Source: Gammaproteobacteria bacterium
Lineage (GTDB): Bacteria > Pseudomonadota > Gammaproteobacteria > Eutrophobiales > Eutrophobiaceae
Direction of reading: 5' to 3'
NCBI GenBank assembly: GCA_965221695.1
Contig: OZ244905.1
Location: forward strand, 640,001 to 704,000
DNA length: 64,000 nucleotides
Positions 29,603 to 39,432 of this stretch are shown here, piece by piece; within the stretch, counting starts at the first letter, position 1; each line of letters starts with the position of its first letter. Position numbers and translations under genes: made by a program. The notes below the pieces were generated by a model. It ran no database searches, was not told the DNA's origin, and worked only from the letters and a program-made list of their open reading frames with translations.

Positions 29603-29810
29603 GGCAGACTATCAGGCTATGTGGCGTACCTCCGGTTAAACCCCGGGAGCAAAGCCACCTATCCATAGCGCCAGCCTAAACTCTGCCCAGCGCACTACAT
29701 CGTCGCCCGAACGACCGGAGCGGCGGGTGGGACGGGAGGCGGCATTCGGTGGCGACGCCTGATCAACGGAACCGGTTGTATCGGGATGTATGTTGTTCAT
29801 TTTTGTTCTT

Positions 29811-30023
29811 TCATATCGCTGATCCGGCAGGCATTTGCTGGTAGAAAAGTTCATCAATTTTAGCCTGGGTTCGCGCATGTTCGATTGTCATTCCGACCAA
29901 ACTTCCATTTGCCGCAATATCTATGTAAATATTTTCATTAATCTCCCTGGTTTCATGGACTGATTGCTCAGAAAACTCAATCAATGCAGTATCGGTATCT
30001 TCAAAATATTTAATTTTCATCAT
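29811..30023 (-). CDS. DUF2283 family protein (putative antitoxin)
   Basis: MKIKYFEDTDTALIEF...GSLVGMTIEHA. Confidence 0.8.
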   Translation of the reverse strand: MMKIKYFEDTDTALIEFSEQSVHETREINENIYIDIAANGSLVGMTIEHARTQAKIDELFYQQMPAGSAI

Positions 30024-30258
30024 TCGACCTCATAAAACTTCTGTCAAAAAAAGCATTGTGAACCGTCACGCCATCCTCAAGCAAAATGACTCTGAGATAT
30101 TTCTGGGCGTCGGCAATGTAAGCCCATTTTCTGATTCGACCATCCGACTGAATATGTGTCTTGTCCGGTTTATTAACGACATGCTCAATCCATTCAGATT
30201 TGATCTGTATTCTATCTTTTCTCTGCCTCGTATAAAGAAAATATTGAGTAAATTTCAT
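30010..30258 (-). CDS. Small basic protein, putative RelE/DUF4258-like toxin partner of DUF2283
   Basis: IKSEWIEHVV...QSDGRIRKW...KYLRVILLEDGVTVHNAFFDR; overlaps the DUF2283 gene; AT-rich. Confidence 0.65.
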   Translation of the reverse strand: MKFTQYFLYTRQRKDRIQIKSEWIEHVVNKPDKTHIQSDGRIRKWAYIADAQKYLRVILLEDGVTVHNAFFDRSFMRSNDEN

Positions 30259-30280
30259 TTTTTCAGAAAGACCGGCAATT

Positions 30281-30925
30281 TTACACCTTTGAAAAGACCA
30301 TCTGCCGCATAGACCGGCGGGTGGATTCGATGTGCACTTTCATCTGCAGTTCGGCCAGTTTGGAGTCTCGCAGTTCCAGCGCGGCGATGATATTGCGGTG
30401 GCCGGCCTGGGCTTCCTTCATGCTCTTCATATCACCTGATTTGAGCAGTATGGTGTTGGCGATGTCGGGTACCCGCTGGATCATATCAAACAAGCTGCGA
30501 TTGCCCGAGGCCTGGTGGATCAGGTTATGAAATTCCATATTCAATTCCAGGAACTTGCGGTATTCACCGACACTGCCTTCGGCCAGTTTTTCCATCTGTT
30601 GTTCCAGTTCCCGCAGCGTTTGCAGGTCGTCATCGGTCAACCGCTCTGCGGCCAGGCCGGCGCTGTAACTCTCAAGCATGGAGGCAACGTCAAACGCCTG
30701 TTCGAACTCCTGTTGCGTCAGGTCGGTGACATAGGATCGGCGGTTCTCCCTGATGGTGACCAAACCCTCAGAGGCAAGTCGCTGGATTGCCTGGCGCACC
30801 GGTGTGCGGCTCACGCCGCAAAACTCCGAGAGTTCTTCCTCCTTCAGTTGAAAACCGGGCGCAAAAGCGCCGGACAGGATGGTATTCCTGATCCTGGTGT
30901 AAGCTCGTTCTTTTGCGGTTGCCAT
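30281..30925 (-). CDS. GntR family regulator (FCD domain)
   Basis: AYTRIRNTILSG...GVSRTPVRQAIQRLASEGLV; FCD motif NMEFHNLIHQASGN. Confidence 0.92.
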   Translation of the reverse strand: MATAKERAYTRIRNTILSGAFAPGFQLKEEELSEFCGVSRTPVRQAIQRLASEGLVTIRENRRSYVTDLTQQEFEQAFDVASMLESYSAGLAAERLTDDDLQTLRELEQQMEKLAEGSVGEYRKFLELNMEFHNLIHQASGNRSLFDMIQRVPDIANTILLKSGDMKSMKEAQAGHRNIIAALELRDSKLAELQMKVHIESTRRSMRQMVFSKV

Positions 30926-30930
30926 GGCTG

Positions 30931-32454
30931 TTATAACGCGACGATGACCGACTTTGACTCCGTGTATTCATCCACGCCCATGCGGCCGCTTTCGCGTCCC
31001 CAGCCGGACTGCTTGAAACCTCCAAAAGGCAAGGTCTCGTCAAACGCAAGTGGGGTGTTGATCCAGACCATCCCGGCCCTGATCTCAGCAGCCAGGCTAT
31101 GGGCGCGGCTGAGGTCCTTAGTCCAGATGGTCGCGACCAGCCCGTAATCCGTATCGTTGGCAACCCGGGCCACATCCATGATGTCTGCGGTTTCCTTGAA
31201 CGGCGTAGTGACGAGCACCGGCCCGAATATCTCCTCTCTTACCACCCGCATATGCGGTTCGGTCTCGGTCAGTATCGTGGGTTCCATGAAATAACCCCGG
31301 TCACCGTAGGGGTTGCCGCCCAGCAGTACTTGCGCGCCCTCCTCCCTGCCGGACTCGATGTATTCGCATACCCGCTCCCGTTGTCGGGCGGATACCAGCG
31401 GACCCAACTCGGTCTCCGGATCGGTGCCGGGACCGATTTTTGTGTTGCGGGCAATTTCCGCGACGCCATCAACCACATCAGCATATACTTTTTCGTGCGC
31501 CAACAAACGGGAACCGGCAAAACACATCTGGCCGCAATTGAGCAGGATCATCTCCGCGGCGCCGGCGATGGCCTGGTCGAGGTCGGCGTCATCAAAGATG
31601 ACGACCGGTGACTTGCCGCCCAGTTCCATGGACACTTTTTTCAGGTTGCCGGTGGCCGCCTGCACGATTTTCCTGCCGGTTTCGGTGGAGCCGGTAAACG
31701 CAACCTTGTCGATGCCAGGGTGCTCTGCGATAGCTGCGCCGACAACATGCCCGTAACCGGTGATAATGTTGACGACACCGGGTGGGAAGCCGGCCTCCAT
31801 GATCAGCTCGCCGAGCCGTAAGGTGGTGAGCGGTGTTTCTTCCGCCGGCTTCAACACCATCGTGCAGCCAACCGCCAGCGCCGGCCCCATTTTCGCAACC
31901 GCCATCACCAATGGCACGTTCCAGGGCACAATAGCGCCGACGACGCCTATAGGCTCCTTCAGACTGTAAGCATGGTAAGCGGGTCCGCTGGCTTTGTCTC
32001 CACGCATGTCGGGAAAAGACAGGTCCGCCGTGGTAATGCCTTCGATCTTGGTGCACCAGCCGGCATAATAGCGCAACGACTCGGCCGCGCCAGCGGCATC
32101 CAGGTGGCGCGCCAGTTCGATAGGCTTGCCCTGGTTCAGCGCCTCCATCTGTGCCAGCTCTTCCGCGTGGGCATCAACCAGGTCGGCCAGCTTCCACATC
32201 AGTTTGGCGCGTTCTGTCGGCATCATCCTTCTCCATTCCTGCCGCTCGAAGGCATTGCGCGCGGCCGTTACGGCCCGGTCAACATCCGTCCTGTCGCCCG
32301 CATAGGTTACGGCAATCTGTTCACCGGTCGCAGGGTTCAGTGCCGGGATGGTTTCCCCGTTTGCCGCTTCCACCCATTCGCCGTTAATCAGCATGGGCCT
32401 GGGAGTTGCCGGAAAACGGCTGACCTTTTCACTCGCTTTATGTTCTAGAGCCAT
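30931..32454 (-). CDS. Aldehyde dehydrogenase (phenylacetaldehyde dehydrogenase-like)
   Basis: PWNVP, KPAEETP, FTGSTETG, ELGGKSP, GQMCFAGSR, EEIFGPV and PFGGFKQSG. Confidence 0.92.
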   Translation of the reverse strand: MALEHKASEKVSRFPATPRPMLINGEWVEAANGETIPALNPATGEQIAVTYAGDRTDVDRAVTAARNAFERQEWRRMMPTERAKLMWKLADLVDAHAEELAQMEALNQGKPIELARHLDAAGAAESLRYYAGWCTKIEGITTADLSFPDMRGDKASGPAYHAYSLKEPIGVVGAIVPWNVPLVMAVAKMGPALAVGCTMVLKPAEETPLTTLRLGELIMEAGFPPGVVNIITGYGHVVGAAIAEHPGIDKVAFTGSTETGRKIVQAATGNLKKVSMELGGKSPVVIFDDADLDQAIAGAAEMILLNCGQMCFAGSRLLAHEKVYADVVDGVAEIARNTKIGPGTDPETELGPLVSARQRERVCEYIESGREEGAQVLLGGNPYGDRGYFMEPTILTETEPHMRVVREEIFGPVLVTTPFKETADIMDVARVANDTDYGLVATIWTKDLSRAHSLAAEIRAGMVWINTPLAFDETLPFGGFKQSGWGRESGRMGVDEYTESKSVIVAL

Positions 32455-32530
32455 CAAAGGGGTCTCCTAAATCCTCACAAATAGGTCTCCGGACACCCAA
32501 ACTGTTGGCACAGACCAGGGCATTCCCCCG

Positions 32531-32559
32531 TACCACTCCCGCAACAGCAGGAGTCCAGT
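32531..32559. repeat. REP-like palindrome
   Basis: TACCACTCCCGCAACAGCAGGAGTCCAGT, matching 44860-44888. Confidence 0.7.
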
Positions 32560-32708
32560 CATATCCTGTCCAGAATGTACATTTACTACACCTAATAATT
32601 GGTATCAATTACCGATGAAATATCTAACAAGAATAAATTATCTATGTAATACATACAGTTAGATAAAAAACATGATTAATATCTGATATTTTCGAGATGA
32701 TTCACAGA

Positions 32709-32737
32709 TTGACTATTCTATAATTTTGTTGTACAAA
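32709..32737 (+). promoter_or_regulatory. Sigma70-type promoter overlapped by a putative GntR operator
   Basis: TTGACT-N17-TACAAA with TTGTTGTACAA at 32726-32736. Confidence 0.6.
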
Positions 32738-32767
32738 ATGGAACAGAAATCGAGGGGAGCGCTGCCC

Positions 32768-34183
32768 ATGTACCAACCTGACTATTCCGAATTCGACAGT
32801 TTTGACTCCAAAGACCTGTGGCAAAAAGATCAAGCGCATGTGATCCACCCACAATGCGTCTGGCCCAGCTTCAAGGAAAAGGGCTGCACTGTATTTGTCA
32901 AGGGTGAAGGCGCTTATGTCTACGACGCGGACGGCAACCGCTACCTGGATTCCAACGGTGGTCTTTGGTCGGTGAACATAGGCTACGGCAATGCGGAACT
33001 GGCTGAGGCCATTGCTGAGCAGGCTCGCTTACTGCCCCAGGTGAACCACTTCGGCGACTGTACTTCAGCGCCAGCGGTGGAACTGGCGGCAAAACTGGCC
33101 GGCATGACACCGGGCGACCTGAACCACGTGTTCTACACCAACGGTGGCACCGACGCAAACGACAGCGCGATGCGGATGATCCACCATTACTTCATCCTGC
33201 AGGGCAAACCGGAAAAGAAACATGTCATTGCCAGGACCGACGGCTACCACGGCACCTCCTACATGATGGCTTCGGTCAGCGGCAAGGCCAACATCCGGCG
33301 CAACCGGTTCCACTATGTGGACGACATTACCCACCTGATCTCCTCGCCCAGCAACTACCGGCGGCCTGTCGGGGTCTCCCTGGAAGAATTCTGTGATATG
33401 CAAGTGCAGGAACTGGAAGACAAGATCCTGCAGATCGGCCCCGAGCGCGTGGCCTGTTTCATCTGCGAACCGATCATGGGGGTTGGCGGCGTGCATGAAC
33501 CTGCCCCCGGTTTTCACAGGAAGGCGCGTGAACTGTGCAGGCAATACGGCGTGTTATACGTGCACGACGAAGTGATCACTGCATTCGGACGCCTGGGTCA
33601 CTGGTTCGCGTCCGAAGATGTATATGGCCTTGTACCGGACATTATCTGTTGCGCCAAGGGCATCACGTCCGGCTACCAGCCGCTGGGGGCAGCCCTGATT
33701 TCCGCAGAAATCTTCGATGTCATCAGTTCAGCCGGCAAGGAATCGTCTTTTGCTCAAGGGTACACCTACACCGGGCATCCGGTGTGCTGCGCCGCCGCGC
33801 TGAAGAACCTGGAGATCATGGAGCGGGAACGGCTGCTGGAACATGTGCGCAGCGTGGGACCGTATTTTGAACAGAAAATATTCGAGCTGGCCGACCTGCC
33901 CTTAGTCGGTGACGCACGCGGCAGAAGCTTCATGTTTGCGCTGGAATTCGTACGCGACAAGCATACCAAGGAACTGTTCACTCCCGAGGTGCAAATCGCC
34001 ACCCGGGTAACCGATGCGGCCAGGCGGCGCGGGCTGGTAGCACGCGGCATCGGTGAAATGGCGTTGTTCTCCCCTCCGCTGATACTGACCAGGGAGCAGA
34101 TCGATTTCATCGCCGAGACGCTGCGCGCCAGTATTGAGGAGGTGGCAAGCGACCTGGTTCGGGAAGGACTCTGGCAGGGATAA
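32768..34183 (+). CDS. Class III (omega-amine:pyruvate) aminotransferase, SpuC-like
   Basis: YLDSNGGLW, GYHG, CEPIMGVGG, DEVITAFGRLG, PDIICCAKGITSGY and YTYTGHP; RBS GAGGGGAG. Confidence 0.9.
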   Translation: MYQPDYSEFDSFDSKDLWQKDQAHVIHPQCVWPSFKEKGCTVFVKGEGAYVYDADGNRYLDSNGGLWSVNIGYGNAELAEAIAEQARLLPQVNHFGDCTSAPAVELAAKLAGMTPGDLNHVFYTNGGTDANDSAMRMIHHYFILQGKPEKKHVIARTDGYHGTSYMMASVSGKANIRRNRFHYVDDITHLISSPSNYRRPVGVSLEEFCDMQVQELEDKILQIGPERVACFICEPIMGVGGVHEPAPGFHRKARELCRQYGVLYVHDEVITAFGRLGHWFASEDVYGLVPDIICCAKGITSGYQPLGAALISAEIFDVISSAGKESSFAQGYTYTGHPVCCAAALKNLEIMERERLLEHVRSVGPYFEQKIFELADLPLVGDARGRSFMFALEFVRDKHTKELFTPEVQIATRVTDAARRRGLVARGIGEMALFSPPLILTREQIDFIAETLRASIEEVASDLVREGLWQG

Positions 34184-34253
34184 CGAGCATGGGGGAGGAT
34201 TTGGGTTTAACAGTAACAAGCTTAAATTCATCCCGACCGGTAAATACTGAATC

Positions 34254-35438
34254 ATGCTGAGACTACTGGTCGGCCACCCGGCGTCACGGGTTGAAATCAA
34301 CAGCCTGAGGCTGATCGTTGCGGCGCTGGTTATCCACACTATCGGCCCGCAGACAGTGTTGCTGTTGCCCGGTTTTGTACAGGGACTGGTCGAATACGTG
34401 GGCTTCACCGAGGCGGAAGCGGGATTTATCGCCTCAGCGGAGATGATCGGCATGACCAGCGCAACCATCGCGATGATGTTCCTGGTGGCGCGGGTAAACT
34501 GGCGCCATGTGTTCGCGATATCACTGCTGCTGCTGATCATCGGCAATATCGCCTCTATTTTCATAACGGACCTGCGCTTGTTCTGTGCGCTCCGGTTTAT
34601 CACCGGCATCGGCGGCGGCTTCATCGTGTCCCTGTCCTACACCGTTTTCGGCCTGACCGCGAAAGCTGACCGCAATTTCGGGCTGGGGATTTTTTTCGTC
34701 CTAGTCTACTCCGCTGCTGTCTACCCGTTCCTGCCATGGATATTCAGCAGCTTTGGCATGCCGGGCCTGTTGCTGTTTTTCGCTGCGTTTGCGCTGATCG
34801 GCCTGCCGTTCGTGCGCATGATGCCGGTATCCGGTGAGGAACACCGGGAAATCGACGAGAATGCGCGGCATATTGACCGGAATCGGAAGGGCATGGCGCT
34901 GGCAGCGATGTTCATTTACTTTGTCGCCGCATTTGCGGTATGGACTTACCTGTTCCGCATGGGTATCCATGCCGGAATCACCGAACAGGAAGTTGCCAAC
35001 AGCCTGTCCGTTTCCCAGTTCCTGGGTATGGCTGGCGCATTTACGGCGGCGCTGCTTGGCGCACGCTACCGGCGCAGCCTGATGCTTACCCTGGGTATCA
35101 TAGGTACCGCCCTGCCTTTGTCGTTTCTGTTTGACGCGCCCGGCGCCCTGGCCTTCCTGGTAATCGTATGCGCGTTCCAATATGCGTGGAACCTGTCCCA
35201 TCCTTACCTGCTGGCCGCGATGGCCAGTTTTGACCCGACCGGCAAGATGGTCGTGTACGCCACGGCCATGCAGTTCCTGGGTGTCAGCGCCGGACCCGCC
35301 GCAGCGGCCATGCTGGTCGGGGAAGACAGCTACCGCAGCGTGTTGCTCCTCGGAATTATCTTGTTCCTGGTTTCACTGGCGTTTATTCTTTCTCCGGTCA
35401 TTGCGCGGGAAAGATTGGAAATCAAGCATGACAAGTAA
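34254..35438 (+). CDS. MFS transporter
   Basis: 394 aa with about 12 hydrophobic segments; LRFITGIGGG motif. Confidence 0.8.
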   Translation: MLRLLVGHPASRVEINSLRLIVAALVIHTIGPQTVLLLPGFVQGLVEYVGFTEAEAGFIASAEMIGMTSATIAMMFLVARVNWRHVFAISLLLLIIGNIASIFITDLRLFCALRFITGIGGGFIVSLSYTVFGLTAKADRNFGLGIFFVLVYSAAVYPFLPWIFSSFGMPGLLLFFAAFALIGLPFVRMMPVSGEEHREIDENARHIDRNRKGMALAAMFIYFVAAFAVWTYLFRMGIHAGITEQEVANSLSVSQFLGMAGAFTAALLGARYRRSLMLTLGIIGTALPLSFLFDAPGALAFLVIVCAFQYAWNLSHPYLLAAMASFDPTGKMVVYATAMQFLGVSAGPAAAAMLVGEDSYRSVLLLGIILFLVSLAFILSPVIARERLEIKHDK

Positions 35439-35491
35439 TGCAGCAGGCCGGCGAACACCAAAGTTGAGACTATTCTATTGCTGACAGTAAA

Positions 35492-36592
35492 ATGCCTATT
35501 AGCACAACAGCAGCCGTCGTATATGAGCCCGGTGGACAATTCAAACTGGAAACCGTGGAACTGGATGAACCGCGTGGCGATGAAATCCTCATACGGGTCG
35601 ATGCCTGCGGGGTCTGCCACACCGACCTCATTGCCCAGGGAGAACTGACGCCGCTGCCGGCAGTTCTGGGCCACGAAGGCACCGGCGTAGTGAAAGCGGT
35701 CGGCAGCGCAGTACAACGGATAAAGCCCGGCGACCGGGTGCTGGTCTCCTATCCCTGGTGCGGCTCCTGTCCCAAATGCGCCGAAGGCCGTCCCTATATC
35801 TGCAACGATGCGATCGCACTGAGTTTCAATGGCACACGCGCGGACGGTTCCATGCCGATCTCACTGGCCGGCACGCCCCTATCCAGCGCTTTTTTTCAAC
35901 AATCCACGTTTGCAGAACACGCGCTGACACTGGAACGCGATGTGGTGCGTATTGACAACGACATGCCTCCTGAACTGCTCGCCGCGCTACCGTGCGGGAT
36001 CCAAACCGGTGCAGGTTCGATCATTAACACCTTCAAAGCCTCAGCCCGAAACAACCTGGCAGTGTTCGGCGCCGGTGCAGTGGGCTTGAGCGCAGTGATG
36101 ATGGCCGGGGTGCTCGGCCTCTCGCCGATCATCGCAGTGGATGTCAACCGGATGCGACTCGACCTGGCGCTGGAACTGGGGGCCACACACGCGCTGGATG
36201 CCCGCGAAGATGAGGTTGCCCGCAGCCTCCTGGAGATTGTGCCCGGCGGCCTGCATTTTTCCCTTGAAACATCCTCCAACGAGCAAGCTCTTGAGGACGC
36301 CGTCGCCTGCCTGGGTATGGAGGGAGTGTGCGGCATGGTGACCGCGCCGCGTTTCGGTGAGAAATACCCGTTCTCACCCTCGGATGTAATGATCAAGGCC
36401 GCCAGCCTGCGCGGCATCATCCAAGGCTCCTCAGTGCCGGCAACCTTCCTGCCCAGGCTGATCGAGTTGCAGCAGCAAGGACAGTTCCCGGTCGAACGCC
36501 TGGTCAAAACCTACGACTTTGCCGATATCAACCAAGCCTTTGCCGATTCTCATTCCGGCACGGCGATCAAACCGGTGCTGAAGATGTACTGA
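35492..36592 (+). CDS. Zn-dependent aryl-alcohol dehydrogenase
   Basis: CHTD, GHEG, CxxCxxC...C, LPCGIQTGAG, GAGAVG and IKPVL. Confidence 0.9.
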   Translation: MPISTTAAVVYEPGGQFKLETVELDEPRGDEILIRVDACGVCHTDLIAQGELTPLPAVLGHEGTGVVKAVGSAVQRIKPGDRVLVSYPWCGSCPKCAEGRPYICNDAIALSFNGTRADGSMPISLAGTPLSSAFFQQSTFAEHALTLERDVVRIDNDMPPELLAALPCGIQTGAGSIINTFKASARNNLAVFGAGAVGLSAVMMAGVLGLSPIIAVDVNRMRLDLALELGATHALDAREDEVARSLLEIVPGGLHFSLETSSNEQALEDAVACLGMEGVCGMVTAPRFGEKYPFSPSDVMIKAASLRGIIQGSSVPATFLPRLIELQQQGQFPVERLVKTYDFADINQAFADSHSGTAIKPVLKMY

Positions 36593-36621
36593 GAGGCGAA
36601 AATTTCCGCCTCATTTGGCTG

Positions 36622-36897
36622 TTATGAATTAACGCCTGATACGACCTTTTCAGCAAGCCATGTTTTTATCAGTGATTGATATGGCACATCCCTTTTATTC
36701 GCTTCAATTTTAATTCGGTCAAGCAATATTTCAGGGAGCCTGATAGAAATCGTTTTCGTTGACGGCTTCAAATTTGGCAGGTAAACAATCTCTGCCTTGT
36801 TCCAATCGACATAATCGCTGGAATCATGGTTTTCCCAAAACTGCCGTTCTTCCGCTTCTTCCCTGAAATCAGGGATCGGTTTTAACTGTTCTTTCAT
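36622..36897 (-). CDS. BrnA/CopG-type antitoxin (orphan)
   Basis: PIPDFREEAEERQFWENHDSSDY...NLKPSTKTISIRLP...NKRDVPYQSLIK; no BrnT toxin upstream. Confidence 0.8.
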   Translation of the reverse strand: MKEQLKPIPDFREEAEERQFWENHDSSDYVDWNKAEIVYLPNLKPSTKTISIRLPEILLDRIKIEANKRDVPYQSLIKTWLAEKVVSGVNS

Positions 36898-37112
36898 ATG
36901 AGGCCATCTCTTTGCCGAACTCGGCACCTTGAGCGCCGCCGAGGTTCTTGCCTGGAACCAGTGGCTGCCCATGTCATGGGGCGCGGCAGGGTGTAGATGC
37001 ACCGTAAAATTTATCTCCATGCCAGCATAACATCAAAATCATGAATACTCAGTATTTTCCAATAAGAAACGAACTTGTCCCACTTGTGCCATTGAACTAT
37101 ACTCCTCCGTAA

Positions 37113-37334
37113 ATGAATGAAAAAAAGGTAATTGTTTCCAATTCAAATGTAATGAGTGGCGCCTATGTTTTCTGTGGCACACGCGTGCCATTTCAAACAA
37201 TAATGGACTACTTGGAGAGTGGCGAAAACCTTGATACATTTCTCAAAGACTTCCCAACAGTCAGCCGCCAACAAGCAATTACGGCCCTTGAACAAGCAAA
37301 GCGTGCTTTAACTAATGAAGTTGCTGTTGGATGA
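37113..37334 (+). CDS. DUF433 family antitoxin
   Basis: VMSGAYVFCGTRVP...FLKDFPTVSRQQA. Confidence 0.85.
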   Translation: MNEKKVIVSNSNVMSGAYVFCGTRVPFQTIMDYLESGENLDTFLKDFPTVSRQQAITALEQAKRALTNEVAVG

Positions 37335-37395
37335 ATCTGTTCCTAAACGGATCAAATCCGACTTATCAGAGTTCGATGTGAAATCTGTACCTTGA
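37315..37395 (+). pseudogene. Truncated PIN-like (DUF5615) toxin
   Basis: My translation: MKLLLDESVPKRIKSDLSEFDVKSVP*. This is the typical PIN-like N-terminus overlapping DUF433, ending after 26 codons. Confidence 0.75.
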
Positions 37396-37462
37396 AAGCG
37401 GCCAATTCTATCGCATCGGGTAAGAGACTGACATAGCAGTATATCTGAGTTCAACTCAGCAC

Positions 37463-38719
37463 ATGAAAGCCATTATCGTCGGCGCAGGAATTGGAGGTCT
37501 GACTGCAGCTCTGAAGCTGCACGGGATCGGCTGGGATGTCGAAGTGTACGAGAGTGTGCGTCAGATCAGGCCTCTTGGCGTGGGCATCAACCTGCTTCCC
37601 CACGGTACACTGGAACTGGTAAGCCTGGGCCTGGCTGATGAACTGGCAGCCACGGCAATAGAAACCCGGGTGCTAGAGTTCTATACCCGACATGGCAAGC
37701 TAATCCTGTCCGACCCGCGTGGTATCGCCGCCGGATTTCCCGTACCCCAGTATTCCATCCACCGCGGCGTGTTACAGATGCTGCTGCTTAATGGATTCAC
37801 TGCCAGGGCAGGCGCGGGTAAGGTGCATACCGGTTGCCGCTTCACCGGTTACCGTGAAGATGCCGGACAGGTGGTTGCTCGGTTCGCGGACCCCGACACC
37901 GGGGAGCAGACAGCCGAGGCGTGCGCAGATGTGTTGATCGGCGCGGACGGCATCCATTCAGCCTTGAGAGCGCATTTTTATCCAAAGGAGGGGCCGCCGG
38001 TGTTTGCCGGCATAATGATGTGGCGCGGAGCACATGAACAGGCGCCGTTTGCCGACGGGCGTACCTGGTTTATTGCCGGTTACGGGGATTTGAAGTGCGT
38101 CGTGTACCCCATATCAGCAAACGCAGCGGCGCGCGGGCAGTCGCTGATCAACTGGGTGGCCGAGATCCGTATTTCCGACGCCAAACCCCTGCATCCCGGC
38201 GACTGGAACCGGCGCGGGAATCGTGATTTCATCGAATCCTTCAAGGGATTCTCCCTGGATTACCTGGACATTATCGATCTTTTCCATAACACCGAGGCGG
38301 TTTACGAGTATCCGATGATTGACCGGGACCCGGTCCCACGCTGGAGTTTCGGTCGCGTGACCCTGCTGGGCGATGCGGCGCATCCTATGTATCCCGTCGG
38401 GGCCAACGGCGCGACCCAGGCAATACTGGATGCGGCCTGCCTGGCGGATGAACTGGCGCACAATCCGCCCGTGGAGGCCCTGCTGACCTACCAGGAGAAA
38501 CGCCTGCCTGCGACCCGGGAGGTGGTGTTGAGCAATCGGGGGCGCGGTCCGGAGAAGGTGTTGGACCTGGTGGAACAGCGCGCAACTGGACCGAAGGACA
38601 GGATCGAAGATCTCATTACCCCGGACGAACTACAGGAGATTACCCTGAATTACCGCAGGACGGCCGGTTTCAATGTTGAACTGGTGAACCGGCGCGCGCG
38701 GGAGTTGGGAATTGGTTAA
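37463..38719 (+). CDS. Group A flavin-dependent monooxygenase (salicylate hydroxylase/PhzS-like)
   Basis: GAGIGG, GVGINLLP, IGADGIHS and LLGDAAHPMYPVGANGATQA fingerprints. Confidence 0.88.
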   Translation: MKAIIVGAGIGGLTAALKLHGIGWDVEVYESVRQIRPLGVGINLLPHGTLELVSLGLADELAATAIETRVLEFYTRHGKLILSDPRGIAAGFPVPQYSIHRGVLQMLLLNGFTARAGAGKVHTGCRFTGYREDAGQVVARFADPDTGEQTAEACADVLIGADGIHSALRAHFYPKEGPPVFAGIMMWRGAHEQAPFADGRTWFIAGYGDLKCVVYPISANAAARGQSLINWVAEIRISDAKPLHPGDWNRRGNRDFIESFKGFSLDYLDIIDLFHNTEAVYEYPMIDRDPVPRWSFGRVTLLGDAAHPMYPVGANGATQAILDAACLADELAHNPPVEALLTYQEKRLPATREVVLSNRGRGPEKVLDLVEQRATGPKDRIEDLITPDELQEITLNYRRTAGFNVELVNRRARELGIG

Positions 38720-38723
38720 TTTT

Positions 38724-38790
38724 GGGGCCAAAGTAATATTAGAACTCGCTAGACTGCCGGCACGTTCGGCTCGAATTTTACTCTGACCCC
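38724..38790. repeat. REP-like inverted doublet (GGGGTCAGAGTAA type) between convergent genes
   Basis: GGGGCCAAAGTAA ... TTACTCTGACCCC. Confidence 0.55.
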
Positions 38791-38832
38791 GGATCTCCTC
38801 TTCTTAGGGGATGTTGGAAAAAACAGGTTTTT

Positions 38833-39123
38833 TTATTCGCGCCAGTAGTTGTTTGCCGCGGCAATGGTGGCAAACTCAATGGCGATGACCTCTGCGGCAT
38901 CGATCAGTATCGCACCGTCTCTGGAGTATTGGGCGCGCACTTCTTTCTTGACGGCGGAATCGGATTGCATCTCGCCGATCGACTTTCTGGCCAACTTGAT
39001 GGCCAACTGCCGTCCCTCATAGGGTGTAGCTGTGATTAGACTTCCCACGTAGTCCTCGCCGGCAATGGCGTAGCCGGGAAGCAGCGCTGCCAGAAGCAGT
39101 AACATCGGTAATTTCTTCAACAT
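38833..39123 (-). CDS. Hexameric tyrosine-coordinated heme protein (HTHP) with signal peptide
   Basis: SLITATPYEGRQLAIKLARK...Y...EFATIAAANNYW; RBS AGGAGG; AIA cleavage site. Confidence 0.85.
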   Translation of the reverse strand: MLKKLPMLLLLAALLPGYAIAGEDYVGSLITATPYEGRQLAIKLARKSIGEMQSDSAVKKEVRAQYSRDGAILIDAAEVIAIEFATIAAANNYWRE

Positions 39124-39155
39124 TTTTCCTCCTACACTCACTTGGTTGAAATAAA

Positions 39156-39305
39156 GGAAGCTCCGAACAAGTACATCCTGGACTTGTCAGAGCACGCAAA
39201 ACAAAAATGCGATTTTGTTTTGCTCTCAAATTCAATGACTTACCGTCATTAAGTTTGGCGATACATCCCTGTATCGCAGGAAACTCTGACTTAATCAGAG
39301 TTTCC
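39156..39305. mobile_element. 150-bp five-hairpin MITE, copy 3 (reverse orientation)
   Basis: GGAAGCTCCGA...TCAGAGTTTCC flanked by TAAA on both sides. Confidence 0.85.
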
Positions 39306-39432
39306 TAAAATTATAACATATGGAGTTAGCGCCTATTACTGCTCTGTTTACAAAATGACACAAGGCCGACGCTAAGAGGAAAAATACTTGCCGAAACATT
39401 GCAGATACCTCCAATGACGCAAATAGGTTAGC

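Noticed and set aside
29603-29688. Imperfect long hairpin next to a TA pair, considered as an integron attC site
   Set aside because: No proper RYYYAAC...GTTRRRY ends, no integrase and no second copy; more likely a terminator-like structure.
36900-36996. Short plus-strand peptide vaguely like an IS66 transposase C-terminus
   Set aside because: Similarity too weak and no IS66 terminal repeat.
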